This document shows, one piece after another, positions 12,871 through 33,641 of a DNA stretch of 64,000 nucleotides (within the stretch, counting starts at the first letter, position 1; each line of letters begins with the position of its first letter). A program made the translations under genes and the position numbers. Location: positions 372,001 to 436,000 of the forward strand of contig JAQGDQ010000038.1 of the NCBI GenBank assembly GCA_030141605.1. The letters run 5' to 3'. The notes under the pieces were generated by a model. It was not told the DNA's origin. It was given only the letters and a program-made list of their open reading frames with translations, and did not search any database. Source of the DNA: Tubiluchus corallicola. Lineage: Eukaryota; Animalia; Priapulida.

Positions 12871-15800
12871 CAAGACACAGACACACACGTGCGCATGAAC
12901 GGCAACACACGCACCTTGAATGTTGTAGTAAGGCACCGCTTTTAGTTCAGCTAAGATTTACAAGTGACTATATAAGGAACTGCTTACTATTAATTTTTTC
13001 ATTTGTTAAATTTAATTTTTAAAGTGACTTTTACTGGCTAATTTACCAATGTTCTCCTAATCTACCAAAATTTGTACGGATAAACATAGCGTTATTAGGC
13101 ATTCTTTGACAAATTGTGAAAACAAACTAACAGTATTAACGACTGGTGCAGTCAATTACCAGAAGTTGATCACTGTAGATGTGAAAATTAATGAAAAGCT
13201 TTATCATCAACCTCAGTAGTATTACCCGACTTGCAAAGTTGCTCCAACTTCTTAAGTTCTTCATATGTTTGCAGACTATAGTCAGCAGTGGTTACAAAGA
13301 TTTGCGTGTGTACAGAATTAGCTATCTTTACGTACTGTAATTCTTTTGATCACATCGCTTCACAGACTAATGTGCACCTCATTACGTGAGTGCAAATAGG
13401 GTATAGTATAGTAGTTGATTTTATCCATCTGAAACAGTCCACTTTTCACATAGTTATCAAATGTAAACTGTACAACAATACCGCTCTTAACACCTTTATT
13501 TGTGATGCAAGGAAGTCAGAAGCTGAGGCTTTTTCCTTTAGTGAAAGTTAAAGAATGTTAAGGCCGGCCATACTTTTAACTGTGCCAGACTTTATTAAAA
13601 AAACTTAATTTTCGGGTATTCATTGAATGAGTAGAGCTTTGTGAATTAAGTATTTTATCAAGAAGTATTTAAATGGTGACAGAAATTGCGTCCCAGGTCT
13701 GATTAATTTATTTCTGTGAGCTTGATTCAGTTTTTTACTTTGCTACTCAATTAGGTAATGAAGAACGGATTATTATCTCAGGTTTATGTGTAATATAGCC
13801 TGCTGATATTCTCAATCAGATTCTCTGTCCTAGTTTTCGTGAGCCAGTGTTTAATAGTATATGCCTTGATAATGCAAAATATGCAAATTAAATGTGAATC
13901 ATTAATGATTAACTCCATATATGTATATCCTGCAACTTGTATCTGAAAACAAAATACAGATTTTTTGCTTTATTTGTAGATTTAATATTCGTGTAAGTTG
14001 TGTGTATGTTTGACACAAATCTGTAATCTTTAGCGTTTTTTCAGGTTATCATACTTGCAGTGAACGGCTAAAGTTCTGCGTTTTGAAAAAGCATTCCTGC
14101 ACATAAGAAAAGACTGGACCCAAGAGTTGCTTGAAATCATGGCTGCTTCAACTGTGAGTACAGTTTGCTTAAAAAAACATTTGCGTGTGTCATGAAGGCC
14201 TATAGGCCTGCTATATAAGGGTAACAAATGCTGTTGGAAAAACAGTAATTGGGTTGTTAGGAGTTCCCACTTTTAGTAGCAGATCACAGTGGTGAATACA
14301 AAATGTATGTTAATAACAATTTTTGAAAACTTTTAAAGTGATAAAAACTGCTAAGTCATAAGCTTTGCATGAAACTCTACTTTGCTGTTAGTATCCTTAG
14401 TGACAGCTCATAAGATCTTTGCCCTTAATGTCCTGTATTTAGATGAAATCCATTTTTTAGAAATTTATGCTAACTCGCAGTTCGACAAGTTTTCAAAAGA
14501 AAACAGGTATTAAATTTTGACCTGAGACTGCATAAATAACTTCATAGTCTTGTTATGTGGATGATGCTGTTTAGTTGACTCGGAAATTGTCCTAAATGGC
14601 AAGGCCAATGGTTCATAAGAATAATAAGCAAAAGATTTGCCGCTTAAAATAATACACAAGATTATATTTATCAAGTCGTGGTTTATTTATATGCACTCTA
14701 AACAATTTAACATACATCCACGGGACAATTAACATCACGGATGGGATAGTTTACTACAATATCACTCTGTATTGGCTCAATTATTTCCGTACTCTGCCAG
14801 CAGATGGTACCACTGGCTCGTGGGTTGTTCATTTGGCAGCTGCTTGTTTGTAGTTGACTATCCTGTATAGGGAACATGGTTGTTTACTCTTGTTGCTTCG
14901 CGTGGCAAGGCTGATCCATTCTGATCAATTTTGGAACAGGAAATTAGTTTGGGCCATTTTTTTCTAACTAAACTAGAACCTGCACTTTTTGGCTAAGATG
15001 GGGTTGGCATCTATAAAATTCACTTTCAAGCCAACATATGTCTTCAATTCATTTAACTACAACTAACTATATCTATCTAGGTTATGCTTAATTTAGGTTG
15101 TACGAGTGCACTCCTTGCCCCCCTTGTTGTTAAGCCCAAACTCATGTTACAGTAAATGTAATCTGGTGCCCACCATCCAGAGTTCGGTTCGTGATCAGAT
15201 GCGGTGTTGTTAAGTTTACTCTATAGGGTCTGCACTCTACAGTAAACATCTTTCAGTGAATAAAGGCTCATGCTGCTTTAAGTGAGTTAATTGAAGACTG
15301 GGATTTAACAGATTTTATTGATATTTAGAATCTGTTTTTCAGTCTGTTGAATTTATTTGATGTTGTGATATTGTTAATATCGTGTTAATGGTGTGTTTAA
15401 ATAGTCATATTAGAATTAGATCAGACATTTTTTCTGGTAAAATTTTGGTATAAGTTGCAATTTAAACAAGTGCTTTTAAAGTGCCTACAAATGATCTTCA
15501 AATCGTTTTACTGACAAATATTTATGATTTAAAACTGATTTGAAAACTCACAAGATTGATAATTTATCCAGTACTGCAGAAGGGATTGAAGGGAGCTGCT
15601 CACTACTTTCCGCAACACATATATCAGCATATGGTAGTTCCAAATGTTATTAATGATTCATTAGTTCATTTTTTTATATAATTAAATTTTTATTTATTCG
15701 TTAATTTTTACTTAAATTTTAATTCGAGCTAAAGCCATTTTATGGTAAAATAGATTGCACGTTTGTTGTACATAATAATTTGTCTAAACTTTGCTGGACA

Positions 15801-18800
15801 AAAAGTCTGACGTCTAGTTTCGTGACAGAAGGCCATATAATATAGAAAAGAGTTTTGAAAGGCTTAATTCAGTAAGGTTGAGCTGCTACCTTAAATATCA
15901 TATTTAAGTCATTTTCCTGTAACCATTCGTGATTGGATTGCAGGTTATCCTGATTGTTTGAGAAATTTTTATCAAAAGTTGTACAGCTATAATCATTTGT
16001 AAAAGATGTCTGTTTTGGAACTTCGTTATTACTTACTACTGGAGTATTAATTGTATAGAACTATATACTGTATAGCAGGCACGTAGGCGCTCCACCCCAC
16101 TCCACACAACTTCATCTTTTTATTTCAAAGTATAACAATTTATATCAGCTAGTGTGAATCTTACATGTCACTCCTAAAATAACAGTAATATTTGCCCTCA
16201 AATTAAATCTGAATCGCAGGAAATACATTATAAGCTGATTTTTGCAAATGTCTCGAGTCTCATTAGCTAGAGTTTACACATCTTTTTACTTTAACCAATT
16301 AGCTTTCATTTTGGAAGTTTTGGAAGTTTTTATAGGGAAGGTCTGCTGTTCTTTGGAGCTATAGTGATAATCAGATCGTGCAGATGTGGTTCGCTTCTGT
16401 GCTTTAGTTTTTCTAGTCAGACCTGGAGTTTTCCCAGCACTTGCTGCATAGGGAGATAGGTACAGTTTTCTGATTTTCCAGAAAGTCCTGTTCGCTTTTT
16501 TCATTTATTTTAGGGCTTGCATACAATCAAAATATTAGTAGTTTCTTCTTTGGGCTTTAACATGTTCCGTGCCGGTTAGGTTACACATGTTAGGTTAACC
16601 TAAAGTTTAGGTTTATTATAGGGCTTGCTTGCTTGAGGTTTTTTACTCATACATCAATTATCCCAATTACAGAGCTTCCCAGTTTTCAGTTCCCCACAAC
16701 TTTGATTCATTTCAACTGTGCATTCATTTCAATTGTGCTTTATTGTGGTTAGGCTTTAGCATGTGGAGACAGTTACTGTATTAGATTGTTTCATTCCCAT
16801 TATTGCACTTCCGGTGGTGAAGCGTTGCCATACGCCTGTTTAGTGCTTGTTTAGTTTCTGTATTTGCACTTGTAAGAGAATTTTTATATTTGATCTCCAG
16901 CTTTCATTACATGCTTAATTATACATCAGTGAATCATCAATAACAGTGTGGAAAGTTAAGACTTGGGTGCTGATAACTATTCCTGGTTGCAGTGTTGTGC
17001 TGACCAGCTGCTGCCTTTTTGTTATGTAAACGACTTGAATGTATCTACTTTGTACAGAATATTTTATTGGTGGTACAGAATTATGTTTTTCGTAACTGAT
17101 GCACAACCAATATATGTGTACCTTTTATCAAACTACATAAGTGCTTCTATCTTTTTATGGAACTAAGTGTTAATCTTGTCTTATCAATAACAACCTTTTT
17201 CATTCAAGTGTCAGACTTGTTCAGTATATGGAACGTAAATGACTTTGAAAAATGAGTGTGATTACTGATACCTTTGCAAGGAAATTAGATCTACGAACTG
17301 AATTTTGAAGGCTCGAGTTTATAAATGTTTAGAGCCATTCCTAGACTAGAGGCAGGCTAATAAATTAAAATTTCAGTATTCTTAGTTCACTAAGGTTATT
17401 TAAACATTTTGTTTGCAATCTTGTCTGCTGATATATGAACTGTTTGAATTTCATCTAGCTATAGCATAAAAGCATGGTTGTTCTAAAGGGCTTTCTTAGT
17501 TTATCTATTTAGGATTTTAGGTTAAGCACCTTTTCCCAGAATAGTTTACAACACTTTGGTAATTTAGTTACGCCTTCTAGAATATCAACAGAGTCGGCGT
17601 TTTTTATCAGGAAAGCTTAGACAGCATGTGCTACAACAGCTGCTCATTTTATGGGCTGCTTTTATTAAGTTTGCTTGCATTTTTTTTAACAACAAACAGC
17701 ATAAAAATTAGTGTCTGCTATTCAGACCCGATTTCCCTTTTTGTGAACTTTATGATGTAAAAACTTGCCTTGTCAGGCCCTGCCTGTTTGTGAAAGGATT
17801 TGGGCATTAGACGCACTTAAAAGTATGATTGGTTAGTATTTGCTTTTTCAATTTTAGAATAAATTATAGTGTCAAAACTGTGATTGCTTTCTATAGCTGA
17901 AAAAATGAAATGTACACGATGATTTTGGATGCATGCCCAAATTTTTAACCATTAAGCCATTCAGTCGTATTGTATTACTTCAACTATTACTTTACCACGA
18001 CTATTCTAAAACAGTTAATTGGCTGATTGGCCATTGAGATTTGATCTCCAAAGACTGGATAATATATCTATTTTTTAGAGTTCTGTACTTAAAAGTTCTA
18101 GATCATATTATATTATTTCACCTATTAGTTAATATCTCCCTTGTGCAAGTGGTTAGTTTCAAACAATATATCCCATGGCCATGTCATAAAGGCTCATCTC
18201 AGTATTTTTCAAAATTATTGGCTGTATGTAATTGTTGTCAAGAACTTGGCCAGTTTGCCTTCAGTATGACTACCCATTTCCAGTTTTCATTTCTAAATAT
18301 CCATTTAAAGAACATTTAATGTTAAAAGGTCCTTTATTTATATTTCTTTAGGGTTTCGTCTTTCATCTTAGAAGCCAGTTTTGTGACGACATGACCTCTT
18401 TCTAGTGTTTATGCAAAGCATAGGAGAGTTGTGTATTTTGATGAATCTTAATATCAACTGACATATTGTTGTTATCTTTTGGTATTGAATTTAGCAGATG
18501 CAAAACAGCTTTCGGTATCGCGCAGCTTCCTTTCTTGGTGATTATAGTCCTGTAAGATTTTTCTAAAGCTATTTAGATTAGCTTTCAGATTATAATCTCA
18601 GTACCTAGCTAATTGATCATGTATGTTTTTCTAGTGCCTAGTAGACCACTGATCCAGTTCTCAGTTAAAAATGATTAACTCCTGACTTTTATGATGTTTG
18701 TTGATTTAGTAATCTGAGACTTTGTTGTAGGCCTAACCCTAGCATGAACAAAAGCTTATAGCATTGATATGCTGGTGAAAATAGTAACATTGTGCGTTTT

Positions 18801-19395
18801 TTGTATGTAAATATTTTTTCTGTTAAAATTCTGATGTATACACGTGCACGTGTTAGTGTACTGGTCTGTTTGGCTGAAGTTCTTGGTAAACAAGGCTCTT
18901 AATTTAATAATTAATTTATGAGCTTTGGCTGCTGGATAAATTTGACTGGTATGATTTTAATTATTTTGTTCACAAATTTACCTTAATATTGCCAGTTCTT
19001 GTAATTTGTTGTGAGTTTCAAACCTATTGTGTACTGACTGTTATCAGTCAAATTTCACAGCTTTTTGAGTTTTCAGCTACACACATTGTGAGGTGAATTT
19101 TAGGATGAATTACAACTTTAAAGTTGAATAGGTTCCCAAATTAGCCGGGAATTAACGAAATAATTAATTAATTAATTATTAGGACAATGACAGTCATAGT
19201 TAATTAATGGTAAAGTTGAATAGCTTTCCGACAAATGGTCGCTTGACTTGCTGATCGACCCACTGATTGTCATGTGTGAAATCGATACAAAATCTTGGAT
19301 ATGCTAGAGCTTCACTGTCAGCTTTGTGCAACCTAGTTCATTGTACACATCACACTTATATGCTCACTACATGCCTTTTTTTTTGTTGTTGTCAG

Positions 19396-19446
19396 TACCA
19401 TACCATACCATACCATACCATACCATACCATACCATACCATACCAT
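19396..19446. repeat. (TACCA)n pentanucleotide microsatellite
   Basis: About ten perfect tandem copies; explains the YHTIP ORFs. Confidence 0.97.
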
Positions 19447-19707
19447 TTTTTTTTTGTTATATGAGATTACTATATACAGATATGCTCATTGCTTTCAAAA
19501 ATGTAATTGCCATCAGTAACAGCTGAAAAAGTTGTCCAACTAGTTTATTAAATTCGATTGGTTACTAAAGTTTATTTTTTTTCTAAACTTCATTGTGTAA
19601 AATTAACTTTTAACTATGTTTTATGAAATTATGATTTTATTTACGGTATTTTAAATAATATTTGCTACTCTTTTTTCAGGTAATAACAAGTGAAGTAGAT
19701 TCATTAC

Positions 19708-19978
19708 ATGTTCTCATCCTACCATCGTTCATTTGTTCGCAATGGTTACCAACGAAACAGCATTCACAGAAACAGCAGCTATCGTGACAGTATCATTGAA
19801 ATTCTTCGTTGGACAATGCCTGAGTGGGATAGGGTACCCACAGTTGCTCTGGTAAATATGTCCTTTAGTCTATATGCAGAAAAGATTGAAAGTATTTCTT
19901 ATAATTCATTGTTAAATCTGCTTAAGTTATAAAACACGACATTTATTGTGTATATATATATATATATACTATATATCA

Positions 19979-20024
<46 letters not shown>

Positions 20025-22400
20025 ATGGCATTTTTGGGGACATTGAAAGTATTTCTTATAATTTATTGTTAAATCTACTTAAGTTATAAAACACGACATT
20101 TAGTATATAGTACGTGGCATTTGTTGGAACTTTTTTCTTCTGTACAAGTTGGCAGCTTGCAAGCTGGAATCCAGCACTCTGTGGCAGGGCTTACTTTATG
20201 TGGATGATTGTGCAGGACTGAAAACTGGTTCATTATGAAAACTGCTTCCGTAAGATAGGACATTGTCCATGGCACCACCAATGGCTTAGCTAACAGTTTC
20301 ATGTATCAGGACCAACATGTTTCAAAATTGGTGCCTTCTCAACATTTTTTAACTCCTTAGTTTTCTTGTGAGGTAAAAGTTGAATCTTTTTTTTTATTTC
20401 GTATTCGCATTGCCTTAGAATTTTCTGAAGTCATTACTTTATATGACCAACCTGCCTTCCGTGTTTCTGAAATTTATGCAACTCGTCTTACCAAGGTTGA
20501 CTGATGGAACCAAGGATCAAATTGACCCAAATCCAATTATTATAATATATTCTAGTCACATACTGATACTGTCTCTTGTGGCAAACAAACATATAACTGC
20601 TTCATGTGTCACGGTGGCTTTTTTATGTGCTTGCTGCCCCTAACTTTAGAACCTGGCTATGTCCCTGGGCACTACATTTGGATGAACGTACATCTTTCCT
20701 CAATGAGATAAACAGTAAAAAATAGCATGGTGAATCAAACTGCTCTGAATGTGTAATGAACGGTAACCTCCCAATCTCCATTCACTTACTGCTTCAACAT
20801 CGTTTAGAGGTATTGCTGTGTTGTTACAAACACAAAACGTCTTGCAAAAACACAATGGTTCTAATCATTGTGCATAAGTAGTTTTATAATATGAAAGGAC
20901 AATTTTTATTTATTTTTACATGCCCTTTATATGCTGTTGCACTCTTGCTCCTATTGCCTATAATTTTACCCTTGTTGGCTCTTTGATTTGGACATAAATA
21001 TACACCTCAACACTAGTGTGTCTTAGGCTCTCTAAAGCTAAACATATCACTGGCTAAAAATGAGTTAACATCACTTTATAATACATCCACTAATTGATCA
21101 ACTTTTGCAGGTGCGGATATTTTCCTATTTGACCACAGCTGAAAAACTTGTTGCTGCTAGCGTTTGTCACCATTGGGCAGAGGCAGCAGCCCACCCGTCG
21201 TTATGGAGACAAGTAAACATCAATCCAAGCATGATTTCTGAGGATTGTGTAGAGTTGTTCCAGTGTTACGCTGGTCATATACAGCACATGGACGTAGAAG
21301 GGCTTTCATCAAAGCGCATTAAGCATTTGATAGAAATACTACAATCTGGTTACAAGCTTGGTGATCACTTGATCAAATTCTCATTGAAATTTCCTGCAGA
21401 TGATTACGGCAGCGTATCAGCTGACATTGTGCCAGAGCTAAGATGGTTGATCTCATCATTTCGAATGCTGAAGACATTCAGTGTGTTGAATACACGTATA
21501 GCTTGTGCATTTTATATGCTATCTCCAGATCCTGTAGGTGAATTATTACACAATAAGGCCAGTGCTCGGTCATTGCAAAAGCTCGAACTAGTCAATTATA
21601 CATTACTAAAATTTGCAAAGCCATTGCAATGGATCAGCAATTGTGAAAATTTAGTCAATTTAACGATTAGTCCACAGCATTTGAATGAATCGGTGCTTTA
21701 CTCATTGACCTCAATTCACACGTTGCGGACCATCACAATTGTATGTAACCAATTCACCGTGAGACAGAATTGCCACGTTATTGCTCGTTCCAGATGGGAA
21801 GAGTTTAAATACAAATCTCCAAAGGTGAAAATAGAGTGTCTTCTGCATTCATTAAACACATTTGGCCATTTGTTAATGGACTCCATACCTGTAAACTGGA
21901 TCTATTTTGAAGATGTGATAACCTTTGATGGATTGCGTAACCTGAAAAAGTATTCCGGCACCTTAGAAAGATATTCCTATGTCAACATGGCGCCGGCACA
22001 AACATTGATACGTAACATTGTGACTTCATCAGGACAAACTGACAATAATGGTACTTCTAATCTCCTGCCGGTATTTGATAGTCACATGATTACATTTGCT
22101 AGAATATGTCATAATCTCCACACTTTTGAGTTTAGTGAAGTGATAAGCTGTTCAGCCTTGTTGCTGATTGTTGATCTGTCGCCAAAGCTGAAAACTGTTC
22201 GAGTCAGGAGCAGTAAGTTGGTGTTTGATGGACAAAAGTCAAATATGTTTAGAGAAATGTCCAAAGCTCAGCGATCACTTTGGTTTAAAAACTATGCATC
22301 ATCACTTCTTCCATTTCTCCATCAAATGTCTGTCATGTTACAGTACCCGTGGCAACCGCTCTCTGATGCAGAGTTTGTTGCCATTTGCAAAAAGCTGTGA
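19708..22400 (+). CDS. F-box / leucine-rich-repeat protein, about 477 aa, two coding exons
   Basis: Exons 19708-19851 (...PEWDRVPTVAL, GTAAAT donor) and 21111-22400 (CAG acceptor, VRIFSYLTTAEKLVAASVCHHWAEAAAHPSLWRQV) join in phase 0 to give a typical F-box (W..LP...L..IFSYL...E......VC..W......P.LW). LxxLxL-type repeats follow. An acceptor at 19679 implies upstream non-coding exon(s). Confidence 0.88.
19884..20101. repeat. About 60-bp direct duplication separated by (TA)n, in the F-box intron
   Basis: ATTGAAAGTATTTCTTATAATT(C/T)ATTGTTAAATCT(G/A)CTTAAGTTATAAAACACGACATTT occurs at about 19885 and 20042, with TA repeats between. Confidence 0.9.
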
Positions 22401-24679
22401 GAGTGGGTATTTTTATCTCGATAATCGCTTGAAGACATGGACATAAAAAGCTAGTAAAACTGTGGCTGATGATGACAGTTTCAAGGTGCTGTAATGGTTA
22501 ATGATAAATGTTTGACTTTATAAGACAATCTGTTTCTGATATTCAAAGGTGCATAATAAGACTGTGATTTTAACTGTTAACACTTGTGCAATCTTGTGCA
22601 AATTTTTTTTAAATGCTGCATATTATGCTCAGGAGCTAAATTTGTTTTCCAAAGTTGTGATCTGTAAAGAATTTACTATGAAAGTCAAATTTTAGTAAAC
22701 TAAATAAAAAAAACTAAGCCGTAGATTGTTTGAAATGTCTTTTATTAATGCTCTTAACTGTTTGGCTTCTGTGGCTTCATGACACTGACATGATGATTTG
22801 ATTAGTATAATGAATTGCTAAGAAATGAGTTGAGCCTAGTGGAGTAACTTAAATTTTGCCTTTGAACGCATTCTGTTAAAGAATATAAATGGTTTAATAG
22901 ACCTAATGACATTTAAATTAGAACAAATAAAATGAACGGCTATAGTTATGATTAAATGCTGAAATTATGATTAAAATATAAATATTAATTACATTATGAA
23001 TCTTATGATATTTGTTCACATACTTGATAATGTGGCCAAGTTACCATCATTTATAATTTTTTTACTCTGCTGTAGTAGTAATTATTTCCTCATTATATAA
23101 TGTGACATTATCCTTTTATTTAACCATATTACACTTGTTACTTAGATAAATTTTAGTAATGATTTAATGAGCTGTAATAAATAAATTATTATAATATTGT
23201 GAAAGTATTTGTGTACTGCTGCACATTCTTTCTTATCATTTTTCAATTAAAAATAACCTTGAATTAAACAAAAATAGTGATTTAAACTGTGGTTACGTTT
23301 ATTTGCATGTAACTAACTGATAAAATCTTGGTGTAACTCTTTACTATAGTAAATGTAATACCTTCTTCTTTTCATATACTGTTCTTTATTACTGCAATGA
23401 TGATTTTCATTGCTGTAATTCATTTTCATCATGTTTGATGTGGTTAAACAGACAACACATAAAAGATGCACATCACAAGACTAAAAAATAAAAAATATAT
23501 TGGTAGGTATACCAGGTGATTCAACACATTTTTGAAGCTCTTGATAAAAAAACACACAGTAAAGAAAAGTAAAGACACGCTGTTTTAGTCCACACTGATA
23601 ATCTTCAGGCAAAGGAAAAACGAACAAAAAGCACTAATAACACTAGTTAAGAACTCGGTTCAACATGAAATAGGTCATTTGGTTAGTGCTATGAAGATGG
23701 CGCTGCAATGTCAGTTGGTTCAGCGGAAGTAGGTGTAGAGCATGGCTTGGAGTCCCTATTATCTTTTCTACGAAGTAACGGTGCTCTTAAGTAAGCTGAA
23801 CTCATGAATACTGTCAAACAGAAATTTCAAGTAGGTATGGATGGTTTGACATCTGGTCCCTACCATTATGCTCACTGCTGTCCATTGATAACCTGATGGT
23901 GATGATTGGTGTTTGGTGGTAATTTTACATTGTCTGCTGATTATACAGTGAATATTAATCTACTAGAAAATTTTGAAAAAACAGTTCAATTAGTGAATAA
24001 AGTCTTATTATTTTGTAGTACTTGTTAAAATTATTGCAACACAATGTCAATTTTGCATCATGCTGCTATTACCTATGAACAAAGTCAAAATCGGTATAAT
24101 TGCTTCTAGTTTCACTTAGTCTGTATAAGATAGTTTCAGTAAAAACACGAAGCAGTTCTATCAAGAACTGATACAAATAAAAAAAATTAACGTTTTCTGT
24201 TCAACAGTTGTTTAAATTGACATGATTAAAAACAATGCTGAATTTGTCAAAAATAAAAATTTTCATCATCATTTTTGGTAGGCAAGTCCTTGTGATTAAA
24301 ATCACTTATGAAAAATGCTAGAACAAAACCATTGCTGGAGAGGGCATCACTAAAATGACCATTGTACAACGCAAATGCCTTTAAGGCTAGCATCTCACCT
24401 TTGAGTCATGTGCATTCAACTTAATATAATCTGAAGATCTCTGGTTTAAATCTGACACAGTTGAACTAGTTCACATTTCTTTTCTTGCGACCAAAGTTTG
24501 GTTCAAAAATTAGTTCTAGCTCTAATAATATTGTTGCAATTAAGATTATAAATATGTATCATAGTGATATTTTTTTCTTTTTTCAAGAACGATTGGTTTG
24601 GGTTGGAAATTAACAAGACTAAAAATGACACTGAATAAACGCTTTTTCAATGTTAACTAACAGCTGTCAAGTTTGCTTT

Positions 24680-24812
24680 CTTTGCACCCGGTTTCTCTCG
24701 CCCCTCGCTGCTGGAAGTTGGTCGGTTCAGGTTTCTTGTCCGTGGAAGGCTCCATTTTCCGGCAAACTGTTTGTGTCGCTGAATTTTTATTTGAGAAGAT
24801 TCGTGCATATAG
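24680..24812 (+). promoter_or_regulatory. Probable enolase promoter and non-coding first exon
   Basis: Local GC/CpG-rich patch with GGAAG motifs, a pyrimidine-rich CCATTTTCCGG candidate start near 24752, and a donor ATAG|GTAGC at 24812. The first coding exon has an acceptor at 26338, ten nt before the ATG. Confidence 0.5.
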
Positions 24813-26348
24813 GTAGCGGTTTATTTATTTTATGTGCGTTTTAGTTCACTCTTTCAGTATTGAATAAGCGAGAGTAATTTTTGGAATTTTATCTCTTAAA
24901 TTTTGCACGTGGCCGTGGCTGCTCGATCTTCTTGCGACCTTCAATGCCTTTCAGTGTGATACTTTAGTTTTCTGTCTATTTTAAACCCTACTGTGAAGTG
25001 CTTTGCATCATTGATTAAGGTTTTTTCCATAGCATAATCTTTTTGTTATATTTTTTCTTTAACTGCATTAAATTGTGAATTGAAAATTAGTGTAAAGACG
25101 TGGTAAAAACTAAAATCCTTGATTGTCCTTTGTGACTAATAGTAACTCTTTAAGTGGTTGATATTAACAGATCCAAAGATAAGTTTGTGACTTTTGACTA
25201 TCAGTGTCATTTTAATAATTACCATTTCTTTTTTTTACTAAACGCTTTTGAAAAGGTAAATTTAAAATCAGTATTTGCACTATAGAGTGAATGTGATGGA
25301 AGGTTTTTCCACATGGAAGAAATATAAGATTAAGGAAGGTAAAGGTTACCTTCACTGTAACAAAATTTCGGGTAGTTTATGCAGTTATCGTAATGGACAA
25401 TCTAAACTGCAGGTGTGCCAAAATTTATACTGTGAGAGAAAAAGTAGTTTACAACGATGTAATTAATTCTTTGTATGTGCTTTGTGGTGATTAGATGTAA
25501 AAGAAACACGATAGTTATAGATAAATGTATGATGAGAATGTATTTAGTATTTATTCTACTATACAAAATTTAAAGATGCATAATTTATATTTATGAATAA
25601 AAGTACAAGTCTGCGCACTTGAGTTATTTAATATATGCTTCGAGGTAGTATACTGTCTGTCGAGTGCTTATTGTTGGTGTAAGCAAAGCCATCTCTACCC
25701 TGAATCTTAGTAAAGCTTCAAGGCATAAAGGATTCCGCTGCTTGTCTTAAAAATGTACAAACCTGAACTATCTTTTCTCCTGGACAGGGTGTTCATCCTT
25801 TTCGAAACCATATCATGTTTTCTGTGTTCTTGTTGAAATTAGTTTCAGTTTTCTAAAGGCAATGGTAAGAAATCAGATCCATGGAATAATCACCATATTA
25901 GCTTGCTGCTAATTATCTTCATTGCAAGGTCTTTGTAAGCCATATTAGAGGGTAACCTTGGAATGCTACTATTAAGTTTTGTTGTTGATGAAAAAGCAAG
26001 TCATAACAAACAACTTCTGTTTTGAAAAACGTGCCAGTGTGCATGAAGCATGTGTGCCGCTCGCTGCTAGTGCAAATTTAATAAGTTAATTTACTTATTC
26101 CAATAAATGTAGCACGCCTTTGATGCAGATACGCCCTTAAATCATACGAATGTTTCTTGTTAAAGGATGAACTGGTTCAGAGGATAAAGGTTGATAGACT
26201 GGACAATAATTGTACTGTTGTAGACATTGTTTCTATATCTGATCTCGAAATTGTCATTTAAACTTCAAAAACAGCCTAAATTTTAAAAAATTAATTACAG
26301 ATTGATAGTTCATGAACTTTTGTTGGATTCCTTTGTAGATTATTCATC

Positions 26349-33641
<7,293 letters not shown>

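Noticed and set aside
14391-14400. GTATCCTT, a possible U12-type 5' splice site
   Set aside because: No supported upstream exon and no matching U12 branch point or acceptor was found.
14985-15000. TTTTGGCTAAGAT match to the U2 snRNA 5' region
   Set aside because: Only about 13 nt match; the flanks do not continue the U2 sequence and there is no Sm site context.
23575-23615. Minus-strand CTGAAGA...TAAAAC resembling a Penelope-type hammerhead ribozyme
   Set aside because: The GAAA core is mutated and stem II does not pair convincingly; at most a decayed remnant.
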